From the NCBI RefSeq assembly GCF_001194135.2, contig NC_068984.1, forward strand, positions 67,330,917 to 67,384,801: a stretch of 53,885 nt of DNA, read 5' to 3'. This stretch comes from Octopus bimaculoides. Its lineage: Eukaryota. The position numbers and the translations under genes are program-made. The notes beneath the pieces were generated by a model that worked only from the letters and a program-made list of their open reading frames with translations, made no database searches and had not been told where the DNA came from. Shown piece by piece: positions 12,060-24,999 of this stretch; position 1 is the stretch's first letter; each line of letters opens with the position of its first letter.

Positions 12060-12350
12060 ATTTTTTCTACATCGAAAGATTGAAAAGCAATGTCTACCTC
12101 GGTGACTCAGAACGTAAAGCCAGAAAAATTGCTGCTAAGAATTTTGTGCGGCTCGCTGATTAATTTTCCAGCTCACTGGCTAAATTCTGCAATAAATAAT
12201 CATTTCTGCTACAGGCACAAGACGTGAACTTATTTTATTGACCCCGAGTGAATGAAATGTAATGTCGACCCTCAGCAGAATTTGAAAACATAAGGTAAAG
12301 GCTCAGCACTTTGTCTGGCATGCTATCGATTCTGTCAGCACGTGGCCTTA
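12060..12350 (-). mobile_element. Two adjacent degraded family-1 SINE remnants
   Basis: CTCAGAACGTAAAG...TCCAGCTCAC (about 12105-12178) and ACTTATTTTATTGACCCCGAGTGAATGAAA...GCAGAATTTGAA...GGCATGCTATCGATTCTGTCAGC...CCTTAA (about 12225-12351) are reverse complements of the family-1 head and core. Confidence 0.65.
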
Positions 12351-12417
12351 AATCCAATAAGTAATAATTAAATATATTTCAAGTGAAAAAATTCAACAGC
12401 AAACTACTTTCATGGAC

Positions 12418-12452
<35 letters not shown>

Positions 12453-13614
12453 TAGTTGTATATTTGAGAAGTAACATGAACGCAAGCATAAATTCTTTGT
12501 TCCTACGTATATATTTCTGTGTGTTTTCCGGTGTGTATGTGTGCATGTAAGTGTACGCGTACATGCTTAATACACTCGCACACACAGGCATGCAAGTATA
12601 CGTACATATTAATGTGCGGGTAACTGAGCGCCTGTTATGTATGATTCGTATTACCGAGTAAACATACATTTACTTGTATACGCTTGGGTATCAACTTGCA
12701 TTCTTCTTTGTGTAACGTCCCAATCTTCAAAGAGATCCCGATAAAATAAATGTCAGCCTGAAAAACTGAGTGTTGATATCGATATGGTTTTATCAGACTC
12801 GTGAATGCAATATGTCAACATGACCGCAGTCCAATGAGAGTAATTAGTAAAAGAAATGAAACGAAAACTAAATAAATTTGTAATCTCTTGTATGGCCCTA
12901 AAACAATTTTACACTGCAAGTAAAGATTTCTAACACAAACATAAAATATTACTAATGGGTGTGACGTTGAATAGCGTATTAGATCGACTCAGCATTTGTA
13001 CTTATTTTATCAACTCCAGAATAACGGAAAGCAAATTTGAGTTCAGTTAAATTTAAACTCAAAAGGGAATGGATGAAACAAAATATCACAAGGAAGTATT
13101 GTCTGCCACTCAACAAAGCCTGTCATATTGCTTCTTATTGAAGACAACAGAATATCAACTTAACATGGATTAGATTACCGTTATAATTTCTTTAGGCACA
13201 TTTCGAGTTTTAACTTTCAAAGGCTTATAACAAAGCTATCGTTATCAACTGGTGTGAGAAAGAAGAGGAATATAATAGAAGAGGAAAATAATGCAAGATA
13301 ATAATGTAATTGTAGTACATATTAAGACATATAAAATGAATTTTGAACAATCATTATGCATTTTCCATTTAGGAGAAGAAAGCACCCTTCTCTTTAATAC
13401 CCGTAACAATGTCTTACATGCCATTGCTGTATTGTCATGATAATGTTAAGGTTGTATGGTTTTTAGATATATATATTTTTTTTATTGGATTCTCCAGAAA
13501 ACGTTAGGAGATTTACAATTGATTAGGGAATTGCACATTTAAACGACGTAGTTTGCTTCGAAAAATATTAGAATATCAATAGGGCTATTGAATTTTTATT
13601 TCTGATAATGTTAA

Positions 13615-13755
13615 TGATGATGGGAATATAATATGATACTACTATTGATACTAGTAATAATAATGATATTAATAACGATGATTATGGCGATAATGATGAT
13701 GATGATGATGATTATGATGTTGATAATGATGATGATGGTAATAATAATAATAAAT
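13615..13755. repeat. Degenerate (ATG/ATA/ATT)n trinucleotide microsatellite
   Basis: gatgatgatgatgattatgatgttgataatgatgatgatggtaataataataat; source of the poly-I ORF. Confidence 0.85.
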
Positions 13756-13984
13756 TTTGTTCGTAACAGTTCACAAAACTGCAGTTGATTGTGATGTGGA
13801 AACATGCAATATAAATAGGACGATTGCTGTAAGAACATCGTCAAAATAATTTCTTTTAACAAAGTACAAGGTTGAAGACTTCAACAATAATAGTTAACAT
13901 TACTACTGCTGCTTCTACAACTGTTACGGACGATAGTGTGCTATATTTTATTAATTTTTACTTGTTTACGGATGTATTGATATT

Positions 13985-14164
13985 AACAACAACAATAATA
14001 ATACTTTCTCCTATAGACACCGGTTTGGAATGTCGTGGGGGAGGTAAGTTCATTACATCATCCCCAGCGTTCAATTAATACTTATTTTATCGAGCCCAAA
14101 GGATGACAGGCAAAGTCAAGCTCAGCGGAATTTGAACTCGTGCTGACGATTCTTGCCGTTCACC
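13985..14164 (-). mobile_element. tRNA-derived SINE, family 1 (internally deleted head)
   Basis: TACTTATTTTATCGAGCCCAAAGGATGACAGGCAAAGTCAAGCTCAGCGGAATTTGAACTC is the reverse complement of the B-box plus core; (AAC/AAT)n tail at the left end. Confidence 0.8.
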
Positions 14165-15613
14165 ACTTTTAAAGCAACAACAATAATAACCTTTTTTGTC
14201 GACTACAGCAACGCAGCAGTACAACAAAAAGCTTGTGTGTCTATCTATCTATCTATCTATCTATTTATCTGCTCCCACACACACACACACACCCACACAC
14301 ACACACACACACACGCACACACACATATATGTATTGAACGCAAACTTCGAAATATCGAGAAATACATGGCTTTATTAGTAATCTGTCTTGAAGTAAATTC
14401 AGTCATAAATAATTGCTTGTAAAACTTTGGCGTGAAAACTTCTTGCATAAAAAAAAAAAGCAACAAGCTTCCCATGGAACTTGAACCGAACATCTTCTGC
14501 AAACTCCTGGGAAATGCAACCAATTACAAGAAAACAAGTATTTTTCTTGCATTTTATTAAATGCTTCTATCCTGGTAGCGAGAAAGTATGCTAACATTTA
14601 AAATGCAAATGCAGAAGCACCATATATTTGTAAAGCAGTCAATATTAACGATGTATTTCGATGTAAATTTTGCTATAAAATATTGATTATAATACATTGG
14701 GTTAAAAACCCCCTAGATTTTCTGTAATCCAGACAGACATGCAACCAATTACATTTAAAGCATCTCCCACGTTTCTTCCATCCAATTATCGCTTTAATGT
14801 AGATATGTTGTTAGAGATTCCCTTGTGCTACACAAACAACAAAAATATTTGTTCTCCTTTTAAAGAAGTAGTAGGTTGTCACGAAATTTATTTCGTAACT
14901 ATTTTAAAAGCTTCTTTAGTTTCTCTATACTTTTGCGAACGGAAGCGATTAATCAATGGAAACTGGAACGGTTTCAAAATACAACGAAACTTAAATCGAT
15001 GACTATTTCCGTCTGCTGTAGTTATATCACGTGGAAATCAAAGCCTCTCAGTTTCTAAGCATTCCCATACACAATGCCGAAATTAATGTTTTGCTTTTGC
15101 TGGAATTTTTAGCACAGCTCAGCATATTTCCCTCTCCAATATACATCATGAGATGCATGCACATACACTTGAATAATAATCTTGCATTAAGTTGCAGAGA
15201 AAGCTAACAATGAAAATAATACTTCATATACGATATAATAAAAAAAATACGTTGTGCACGAAATAGCAGTTAAATTTGTCTACTCTCCAAAACATATACT
15301 TGCAGAAAAGAGATTTGTGATTTTGAAGTGCTGATGGTTTTAGCACCTTAAGGCAAAGGGGTTCAGTCGAGGATAGAAAACTTAGTCTTTTTGAAAGCCG
15401 TGTGTGATGGACAAATATTTAAAGACACACTATCATCTTATTAATGTTTCGTTTACAAACCCCCAATTGACAAAACATGAATGCTATAACTGATTATCCA
15501 TTTTTTTAGAGACATTTGTGTCATATTACAGGTAAAAATTCTCGGTCTCCTTTAACCGAAAAGATGAAGGCAAAGTTATAGATTTTGACAGGTAAAAACG
15601 TATCAACCATTTA

Positions 15614-15650
15614 CTGTTCTCTGATATCTACACTGGATTAATTATTGATA
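15614..15650 (+). repeat. Left copy of the 37-bp target-site duplication of the RTE insertion
   Basis: CTGTTCTCTGATATCTACACTGGATTAATTATTGATA; 34/37 identical to 16365-16401. Confidence 0.9.
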
Positions 15651-16364
15651 TATACAGTTTGTCCGTCGATGCGACGAAGAGCATCTAGTCATTCTGGGGT
15701 GGGGGTGGGCTTGCTTTGTGAGTCCGCAGATGGCTAGTGAAGTCAATCTGCGCCCGAAAGAGTATTTGACAGTGTGGACAGGGAATGGTAGCGCCTACTA
15801 CAGGTTTGTTAGCTTTGTTCTTCCTGGCTTGTCTGCAGTCTTCTGCAGCAGCGATCCTATTGGTCACGCATGTGTTGGCACCGTTGTCGACAGCTGATCG
15901 CCACCTTTCCCTGTCTAGAGCAGACTGCTCCCAAGTTGATTGGTCGATGTTGAAGGCTTTCAGTGAGGCTTTCAGTGTGTCCTTAAAGGGCTTCTTCTGA
16001 CCGCCTTGTGAGCGCTTTCCCTTTTGCAGCTCGCCAAAGAGCAATCTTTTTGGTAATCGATCGTCTGACATGCGAGCTACGTGCCCTGCTCAGCGAAACT
16101 GAGACTGCATGAAGATGGTATGGATGCTGGGCAGGTTAGCACGTATTAATTCCTCGGTGTTCAGGATCCTGTCCTGTTACTTTATGCCTGGAAGTTTTCT
16201 GAGGCGTATTGTATGAAAGTGGTTCAGCTTCCTGGCATGAAGCTGGTAGACCGTCCAGGATTCGCAGCCGTAAAGCAGCGTTGTGCGGACAACAGCCCAG
16301 TACATCTTGATCTTCGTCATGATGGTGATCCCCTTCCTGTTCCAGACAGTCTTGCGTAGCCTGT
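15651..16364 (-). mobile_element. 5'-truncated RTE-clade LINE (3' end of ORF2 with C-terminal C2H2-like finger)
   Basis: Minus frame RLRKTVWNRKGITIMTKIKMYWAVVRTTLLYGCESWTVY...IK*QDRI...[43 protein letters not shown]...CPHCQILFRAQIDFTSHLRTH; two Trp-to-stop changes; short 3' UTR; flanked by a 37-bp direct repeat. Confidence 0.93.
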
Positions 16365-16401
16365 CTGTTCTCTGATATATGCACTAGATTAATTATTGAT
16401 A
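16365..16401 (+). repeat. Right copy of the 37-bp target-site duplication of the RTE insertion
   Basis: CTGTTCTCTGATATATGCACTAGATTAATTATTGATA. Confidence 0.9.
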
Positions 16402-17943
16402 CAACACAACAGTAAAATACTGCGCAACTATAGTAACAGTAAACTTCGAGAATCCAAATGTTTGTTCTTTTCTCTCTTGATTTTTTTAATCGCTGGTTCT
16501 GGAGTAGCACCCAAGATATAACAGATTCTCTGAAACCAATGAGATTGATGCCATTAATGTTTTTTTCTTGAACTATTGCATATCAACACTGGTGGACAAA
16601 GCAAGAGTGGGGAAAGAATTCCAGGGATCGACGTGGAATGAGCGTATTTGCTAGTTTGAAAACTGCAGAGAAAAGTAATGAGGAGAGACGATTGTCACCA
16701 ATACAGCAATGTAGGTATGATAAACGCAGCCAACTCTAAGGTGCAGAGGTCTTTAGAGAAGTGACAAAGAAGACTGTGGGCCACAGTTTTGGTAGTGTCT
16801 ACGAGTGACTTTACGCAAGTTAGTCAGGTGGTCCTATTCTAATTGCGCTCTAGGTTGTCTGAAGTGTATGTTTGTCGAGACATTCTATTTGGTTTCGTCG
16901 TTAAACCTCATGACGAAAGCATAGGTTTTGCTGAAATCATGTACATTTACCTATGTAAAGAATCGGATGTTTCCCTGTGTAGAAACACTGATTCTATATT
17001 ATATTACAATTCTCAACATCCATCTGTTTGACTCGTTCGATGGGGAAAGTTTTTGATCATGTCGATATGTATTGGCTATAGGATAATTCTTTTAGAATGT
17101 AAATCAATATATATATGTTTTGGAGATATATGAACAAAGTTTTGGTTTCGGCAATGAAAGTACCAAATTCGATATTTTTCCTGCAAATGAATTCCAACAA
17201 TCTGTCTCAATCTAACTTATACCCAATCGCAATCACTGCGAATCACTTTAAACTATAATTGTTACAGTGACAAGTAAGAGCAAGAAGACTAGATAGATAA
17301 CTGTCTACTTATTCATAGCCGTCATCGAAATCGACAGGCTGTAAGATTCCAATCAGTAGTATCATCTCAAATGCACTAAGCGTAGATAATTTGCATCAAA
17401 GTTAAGCCCTGAAATATAAGTAGCTGATCACATGAATGACTAAGTGATTATTTCAGTATATGGAAAGAGACAAACTGATGATTCACTTGAAAATTTTCGA
17501 ATTTGTATTCTTAAACATAACTCGAATGCGAAATATTACCTCAAACTGGTTTTAACGATAAGAATAAAATCCAATAAATCGACTATTTCTACTTTTCATC
17601 TGATTTTTCTATTAGCAGTAAATCAACGATACTGAGAATTTATTTCAATATTTTATAGCCGTCAATATCTTTCGTTGTCAGCACCTAAATAATATTGAAT
17701 ATCATAGTATGTTTTAAACAGTTACAAACAAACGTGACATCAACGAAAATCATTTTAAAGAAACGGTTTTATTTCATTTCATAACGCAAACCGTTACGTG
17801 ACTGCGTAATAAAATATATTCCACAAATTAATTCTTAATCTGTTCAGTACTAACTGAAAATAACAATACAAGAAACAATTTCGTGTGTATATTTACAATA
17901 TTTGGAATGTTTACTTCTATATATGCAAACAAAAGGTTACACA

Positions 17944-17997
<54 letters not shown>

Positions 17998-18016
17998 ACT
18001 ACTAATAATAATAATA
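17944..18016. repeat. (AAT)n microsatellite with (ACT) interruption
   Basis: About 17 AAT units, 3 ACT units, then AAT again. Confidence 0.97.
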
Positions 18017-18534
18017 GTGACCTTTTCTGATTGATAATATTTACCTATTAGTTGAGCTACACAGTTCACATGTTAAATATGTAGTTAAGCTAAAGATATT
18101 AAAAATACTATTTCCTGTGTTGAACATGTTTTGATGAAGTAAATCAAACATGCTTAAATTTTGTGGAACATATATCATTTTAATTTAGCTTCCGGCCAGG
18201 TCTGTGTAAGCCTAGTCATAGGGTAAATGTTCAAGCTATGCGTAATCCATCATATCTTTTGATATTATATCCATATTTACATATTAAGATAGTAAGGTGA
18301 AGTTTCAGGAATATTTGGTTGCTATCTCTAGCATGCAAAAGAGTATGTTTCATTGAAATATATATTTTCAAGTCTTATCTAAAATCCTTCATTCCTTAAA
18401 AAAGGAAGATTTCGCTCCAGTATGAACATAAAACTAAGATATAAGCATTAGACAAAGTAGTCCTTATATTTCTCTAAACATATCTTTCATTTAATTACAA
18501 TATATTTCGAAAGACTTTTCCAGAGAGATCTTTC

Positions 18535-18741
18535 TGTCTGTGTTTGTCTTCCTAACATCACTTGACAATCGATGGTGGTGTGTTTACGTCCCCGTAACTT
18601 AGCGCTTCAGGCAAAAGAGCCCGATAGAATAAGTACCAGGCTTCCAAAGAATAAGTCCTGGGTTCGATTTGCTAGACTAAAAGGCGGTGCTCCAGCATGG
18701 CCGCAGTCAAATGACTGAAACAAGTAAAAGAGATAAAAGAG
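18535..18741 (+). mobile_element. tRNA-derived SINE, family 2, 3' half (5'-truncated)
   Basis: GGTGTGTTTACGTCCCCGTAACTTAGCG...GATAGAATAAGTACCAGGCTT...GGCGGTGCTCCAGCATGGCCGCAGTCAAATGACTGAAACAAGTAAAAGAG; near-identical to 39650-39870. Confidence 0.9.
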
Positions 18742-19064
18742 AAGGTACTTCATTATATACAACAATAATTTTAACTTTTGATCAAAGGAGAGCTACTACT
18801 GTCGTAATTGAAACTAAGTTATGTTATGGAAGAATCATTGTGTTTCATTTGTAATACTACACTTTTAAAAAGTTATAAAATATTTAATGTTTCACATTTT
18901 CCATATTCATTCAGTTTCGTTCTAAACATAGTCTGATGTCAAATTTCTACAACACATAGATTTGGACATCCTTGAATAATCCACGGAAGCGTCGTTAAAG
19001 CATTCTTTTTGCAGTTTGATTGTCCGTCTGATTATCTACCAATCTGTTTGTTTATCAATCATTC

Positions 19065-19141
19065 TATGTATGTATGTATGTATGTATGTATGTATGTATG
19101 TATGTATGTATGTACGTAAGTATGTATATGTATGTATGTAT
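19065..19141. repeat. (TATG)n microsatellite
   Basis: More than 11 TATG units; source of the MYVC ORF. Confidence 0.95.
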
Positions 19142-19220
19142 GCGTGCATGTATATATAAACCAGCGCTGATGATTGAAAAGCTAAATAACTGCAAAATAT
19201 CTAAATATTATTTGTGGTGT

Positions 19221-19264
<44 letters not shown>

Positions 19265-20419
19265 CTAAAGCTAGAAAATTTCTAAATCCTATTTGTTAAT
19301 AATGTAGCTTTCTTGTATACATACATGCATATATAGAGGAAATTAAAGCTACAATGCATTAAATGTATGGTGAAAGTATGCAAATCATTTCAGATATTTT
19401 GGCATAATATAAGTGAATTTACACTCATATAGACACACTCGCAAACACACGCACTTGTAAATATAAATTATGAGGGAAAAGGGTCCTTTCAGTATTATGG
19501 TTCTCTTTAAAAATTCATGTGTAATCACCTGATATATTTATATATTTTATAAACGCAGTTGACATAATATTGGCAAATATTTAACCAGAAATATTAGATA
19601 AACGTAAAAATAAATCCATATGATTATAGTATATAGCTGACGTCAATGGCGGAATGTCAAGAACATATATAGTAATACAGATTTTTCAAAATCTGCAAAT
19701 GGCTGCTGGCGTCAATATCTATATCACACAAATAGTTAAGCATATTTCTGTGATATACTTGGAGGATATTACTGATATATTTCAAGTGTAGGTACATATC
19801 AAAACATATTAGGTTACTGAAGAAAAATGATTCTTTGGGGAAGTGCATGTTGTTAATGGTATGGTGTCTTATTGAATATATAATTTGGATCTATTATCTT
19901 TTCACTGAAAAAAACAAAACAAAATTAAGTGTCTGTTGCATTGATGATATGTGATAGAATATGCTGATACAAAGACGTGGTTAGCTTAACTCAGCTATCA
20001 TGATACAATTCAAGTTATAGTTACGTTATTTACATGCTCATACGCTAAAACATGTGAGTATTGATGACGAGAAATTCAAATATATATTCTTTTCAACAAT
20101 ATCCATTAACTCTTTTCAACAGCACTATCACTTAAAATTAGAAATATATTTTGTCAATGTACGTCTACACGTTCACAAATAAATACACTCAAAATAAATT
20201 AATTTCTAAATTTATATTGTATAACAGTAGCCTAATTTTTATCGTTTGTTTTCACTATAAAAACCAGCATGGTTCTGTACTTGCTGTGTACCAGCAGCGT
20301 TATTCATTTGATTTAAATTTGCTATTGTATCGAGAATAAGCTATGTAATGTGTGGCGTGCTAGTAGTGTGATTACTCGTATGTTTAATTTATGTGGGGAT
20401 GTCCGCGGTTTGTGTTATG

Positions 20420-21480
20420 TATTTGCCTAAAAACCTTTAATTCTGTTCAACAGATACAGATTATGATGACCGTGCTCACTATGAGATTGGTGCTTGAGGT
20501 CTGTCGTTTACGAAAACAGTGAACAAGTTTGTGTGATTCCCAGGAAAATTATCTACAATATTCTTTTACTAATGCGATGCAACGTATATCCTTTTTGTAG
20601 AGGTCTGATAAATTATGACAAGGCCGAACTTCTCTGCTGCTCAGCTTACCTAATAGCAACCCTATCATCGAGTCCTTCACACGTTGGATTGTTATAATGT
20701 ACAACGGCATGTGTACAGGTGTAAACAGCCCCCTATCAGAGCTGTTTTACATTACGCTCTTGATCCACCAAGGACGCCCATCTTGTTTCTATTTTTTAAA
20801 GGGTCAGTATCTTTAATGTTGAGGTCTGAGCCGTTTAGTAGCATTCGTCTCGAAATGGAACACAGGAGAGCTGTATCTGCATATGTAGAGGATATTATTC
20901 TCATGATACTGAACAGATTATCCATCGCGGTGATCGGCACACATGCATTAATACATAACTCGGCACCTGGAGAGGCAGTCTATGCAGGACGGTGACTTTT
21001 GTCACTGGAGTAAGAATCGGGTTAATGCCCGTGGGGAACATATATTCGTATATATGTTTCTCGATAGATAAAAACTGGGATGTTACGAGCAGGGTGTATA
21101 ATATCACTCAGAAATGAGCTGAAAAGTTGTCCGTAAAAAATCAGTTAAATGTGACTAACGTCTATGTAATGTTTCGGTGATATACAATTCCTGACTGGCG
21201 TACCATGTCACAAAATAACAACCTTAGTAAACTGGAGCGCATGCTTTTTCGCTACTTGCAGAAGAGACAGATTCCACTCCTTGCGAGTCCGGATGGCATA
21301 TTTGATCATGAACGAGCGCCGCGTTGAGGCTATGTACCTGCAGAGATTTAGACGACAAAAAAAAAAAAATGAATAACTTTAGTCGTCGTTCGTTCGACAC
21401 ATTCATCTCAAGCCCTTCTCTCCGGTGGAGCTGCAATCCTAGATTAAGCGAAGACTGATTCTGGTGTTTTGACATATGGG
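20420..21480 (+). mobile_element. Heavily degraded L1/Tx1-clade LINE reverse-transcriptase remnant
   Basis: Ordered RT-like motifs across shifted frames: KPLILFN (RPITLLN), EQVCVIPRKIIYNILLLMR (AQTCAIPGRSIHDNLHLMR), LINYDKA (LINLDQSKAF), PLS..YALDP (CPLSP..LALEP), VSAYVEDII (YADD), FVTGVRI (VTGAKIN), LERMLFRYL. Confidence 0.7.
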
Positions 21481-21849
21481 AATGGTGTGAAGCAACTGTG
21501 TTATTATGCAGGACAGATCAGGTCTTCAGCCGAGTTACAGATGAAAAGTATAATTACTCCCAAGTATAATTACAGTATAATTACTCCCAAGGCACCAATG
21601 ATTATTATTTAAAAACAACATAATAAATATAGACCCATAACATACAAGATAATAAATGCAATGATATCGGAAAATATTAATATCTGGAAAATAGCTCCTT
21701 TCTAGAAGAGAAGGAGGAATGTTGCAAAGGTTCATATGCCAGTAACGATCAATAACTGATCAACAAAGCCATACCCGGAGGTTTGTGTGAATTGACAACC
21801 AGGATGCTTTTAACCACGTTTCGTTGACAAAAATAGTCACAAGTAAGGT

Positions 21850-22700
21850 AACCCAATAATAAGCAAGTACATCACACACAGCATGAGTTAACTACAATTA
21901 ATATTATATAAAAAAAAAACAGAAACAAAAGAGACGTAACCTCATCTCTATTAGAAATGAAATGTTCTACGGAACTATCTTTTTCCACACTGTTTCTGCA
22001 TACTTCTAACACCTAGCCAACATGTTATAAAAGAAATGATTGAGATATAGCTGTTATAGGAAGCAGTGAACCATCTTTTTTACAGAGACGACCTCAAATT
22101 GTACGCTACAGATAAACAGCTAGAAAAACATTTCAAACAAAACGCGCGTTTACTGAAGGCACCGATTCGGATTTAAAAATTGTCATGGCAACTTTGAAGG
22201 GAAAAAAATTAAGAGTATTAATATTATTTGAAATAGAGACAGAAGAACTAGTCCAAAGAATTTAACAGAATGGAACATCACAAATCATAGAGGGTAAGAA
22301 CGAAATATTACAAATAAATACTTCAGATTAATACTTAAAATAAAGCCATCACTACTCATGCTGTTGCAGTAATAGTTTGAATAGTTATGTTATCCTCAAC
22401 TTGATGCTAAGTGAATGAGGAGACTAAAAAAAAAAAAAAGTAAAATAATACGAAATCTTGCATACAAAGATAATATTCATAAGAAATACAGAGTGCTTGG
22501 GGCCTTAGGCTACTAGAAAACCATTATAAAATAACCACTGAGACTTGCAAAAATACCTTGGAAACAACAATAAGAATAGAAATGGGTACAACACACGAAG
22601 GAAACAAAACTTATTCTGTCTTTAAAGATGTCATAAAATACAAACTGAAGCAGTATTAACAGGCGGTAGTGAGAAGGAATGGAAGATAATGCCAGAATTC
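21850..22700 (+). mobile_element. Degraded R4/Dong-like (restriction-like endonuclease) non-LTR RT remnant
   Basis: NHLFYRDDLKLYA at 22069-22107 (family motif NHLxxMDDLKLYA); upstream PHCFCILLTP (SPLLFCxxLxP); downstream KAITTHAVAV (AINTLAxPV) and WGLRLLENHYKITT (GGRGLxxLExxYKTT), in the expected order. Confidence 0.7.
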
Positions 22701-23183
22701 TAAAAATTAAGCTTCATAATTCTATATTAAAAGAATGACAAATAAGGCCCATTCCTTATCAATACCTGTAAAACAGACAGTGAAAAAACTAAAGGAAAAC
22801 TGTAACACTGGCAGTGATGGACTGTAATCGAAGCTGCAACTGAATAATTCTTGATTGCCGCAGTGAATAAATTCGCTTCAACTTGTAGCTGCCAAAATCA
22901 TGAAGTGAAATAATACATATTGTGGTGAGGGATTCACTGTCGGTCGTGATGATAAGCATTCGATCAATTGGATTTTCGTTCATGAAATGAACATGGAAGC
23001 AGTTGAGTATTTTGCAGATGCGTTTATGTACAACGTAATTGTCAGACCATATCACTGTGACATTGTGACAAGATCTAATCTTTGAATTGGAAAGAGATGT
23101 AGAGAGGGAAGGAGGGGAGGGAGAAAGATAGAGAAAGAGAGGAAGGAAGGAGGGAAAAGATAGAAATAAAGCAAGAGGAAGAA

Positions 23184-23227
<44 letters not shown>

Positions 23228-24260
23228 CGTGTGTGAAAAGACCAAGAGCAGACTTGTACATTATCGTTCCTAAATAGATGTGAAGTAAACCTGACTTCAG
23301 CAGGAATTGAAGTCAGTGCATGGACTGTCGGAACTAATACCACGCAAAATTCTCTCTGATGTCTCAGCGACCGACTCTCGTAAGTGTATCGGAAAAAAAA
23401 TGCTCAATTCTTGCTTGCTAGTCATTCAGGGTGTTATTACATAACTCATTATATGCCCCTGTTGAAAATTAAATCTAGACGTTATGACCATTGATAAATT
23501 CCTGCTAACGTTAAGAACATTCACGTTTAAGTTGGAATAAATATTTACTAATTATTTCTGTGCCTGGCGTGATTTCAATAGTTATATTCCTGTGAGTTTA
23601 TTTCTTTAGTACTATATAGTTATGTCTGCTTTATTGAATACATTGAAAGTGACAAACTTTTCTTTCATGTCTGTCTTAAATCTATTCATTTTCTATTTCA
23701 TATTCTTGCCTTCTGGTGTGCCTATCAAGAGTGATATCAGCGAGCGTACACTTTACTCTGTAAATATTGTCGCAGCTGCTCGGTAACTAATGTGGTTGCT
23801 ACTGATCCTATTTGTTCAACCTGCTGCTGTAGATGATCATATCACTTTCTACATGACTACCATGGCTACATCTGCAATTTTTATTGTTGTTGCTATTTCA
23901 TCGTTGTAGTTAATAATCAGGAGGTACTTTTGTTGTCCAAGGGATAATATTTTTGATTATAATTCCTTAATTAATTCCGACCTTAGATTATTTAACTTTG
24001 AGAATGCATTTTCTAAAATCAGCTAATTTGTCGAAATATTTACTTTTTCATTAAATTTTTGTATCAAGATTCATCATCGTCATCACCGCCGCCGTCGTCG
24101 TCATCGTAATCATCATCATTAGTAATTCTTTTTATAGTTTTGTTTCTATTCTTGCCGAGTGTCTTTTTAGAGTGTAAGTCAAGGATAATTTTCAGATAAT
24201 TTTTTTTTTGTCCCTGTTTTGATCATTCCTAGTGATTTATTATTATTGAGTAAAAGAGTA

Positions 24261-24752
24261 GTGCATGCTATCAAAGTGACACCAGGGTAAAGTATGCGAA
24301 GCCCAGTATACCCATCATGACTACCCGTCTCATAAGGGTAGACCGGGCACATGCATCACAACCATATATGCGCGACAAAGTGATCTCATATCAAGATAAA
24401 CAGAGCATGACCTTGCAGGTGGTGCCCAATTAGCATTTCCTCCAGGTTGATTAACCCATCCTGCTGAAAAGGTCCCTGAATGAAGGTTGTTTAAGGATGT
24501 TAAAGGAAACACCCATGTTTCCAGAGGTGAATTAACCAAACTCCAAAGTATTCCTCTCAACACATGTCTATGATGCTCCCCCACTACTTCTGCTCATGAT
24601 CAGAGATGCACATATCATCAGCCATCAAGGGACATGCTCAACTTGTTATGGTCAAACAACTGACAAGCAAATTTGTGGTATTGAGCAGAATATTTGCAGT
24701 AGCCCATCTTTTATACCAAGTCAAAACAATGTACCTGATAACACTTCCAGTT
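24261..24752. mobile_element. Unclassified interspersed repeat (about 490 bp)
   Basis: GC-elevated block sharply bounded by AT-rich flanks (e.g. AAGGTCCCTGAATGAAGGTTGTTTAAGGATG...GATCAGAGATGCACATATC). Recalled as a high-copy octopus repeat; single copy in this window, no ORF. Confidence 0.5.
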
Positions 24753-24999
24753 AGTTTATGGGGCGACTGAAGGATAAAATATGTTACAATATGACTGAAA
24801 GCTTGGGGAGGGCAGATAGTGAAATATCTTCATGTAATACAACACAGACATTTAAATTAATAGGGTTTTTCTAAGGATGTAGGCAGTACTTGTCAGCACA
24901 ATCTTTTGAATTTCTCTGTGACATGGTTTCCCTAGTATCTTATCTAGATGTTTTTTAATCTCTTTTTTTAATCATATCTAGGACACCTACAATAACAAG

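Noticed and set aside
15785-16000. Plus-strand ORF with hydrophobic N-terminus
   Set aside because: Antisense to the RTE ORF2 fragment.
16136-16510. 124-aa minus-strand ORF
   Set aside because: Out-of-frame read-through of the RTE fragment plus flanking DNA; the homologous frame is a different one.
21547-21589. Short repeat GTATAATTACTCCCAA / GTATAATTACA / GTATAATTACTCCCAA
   Set aside because: Simple local slippage duplication with no unique spacers; not CRISPR-like.
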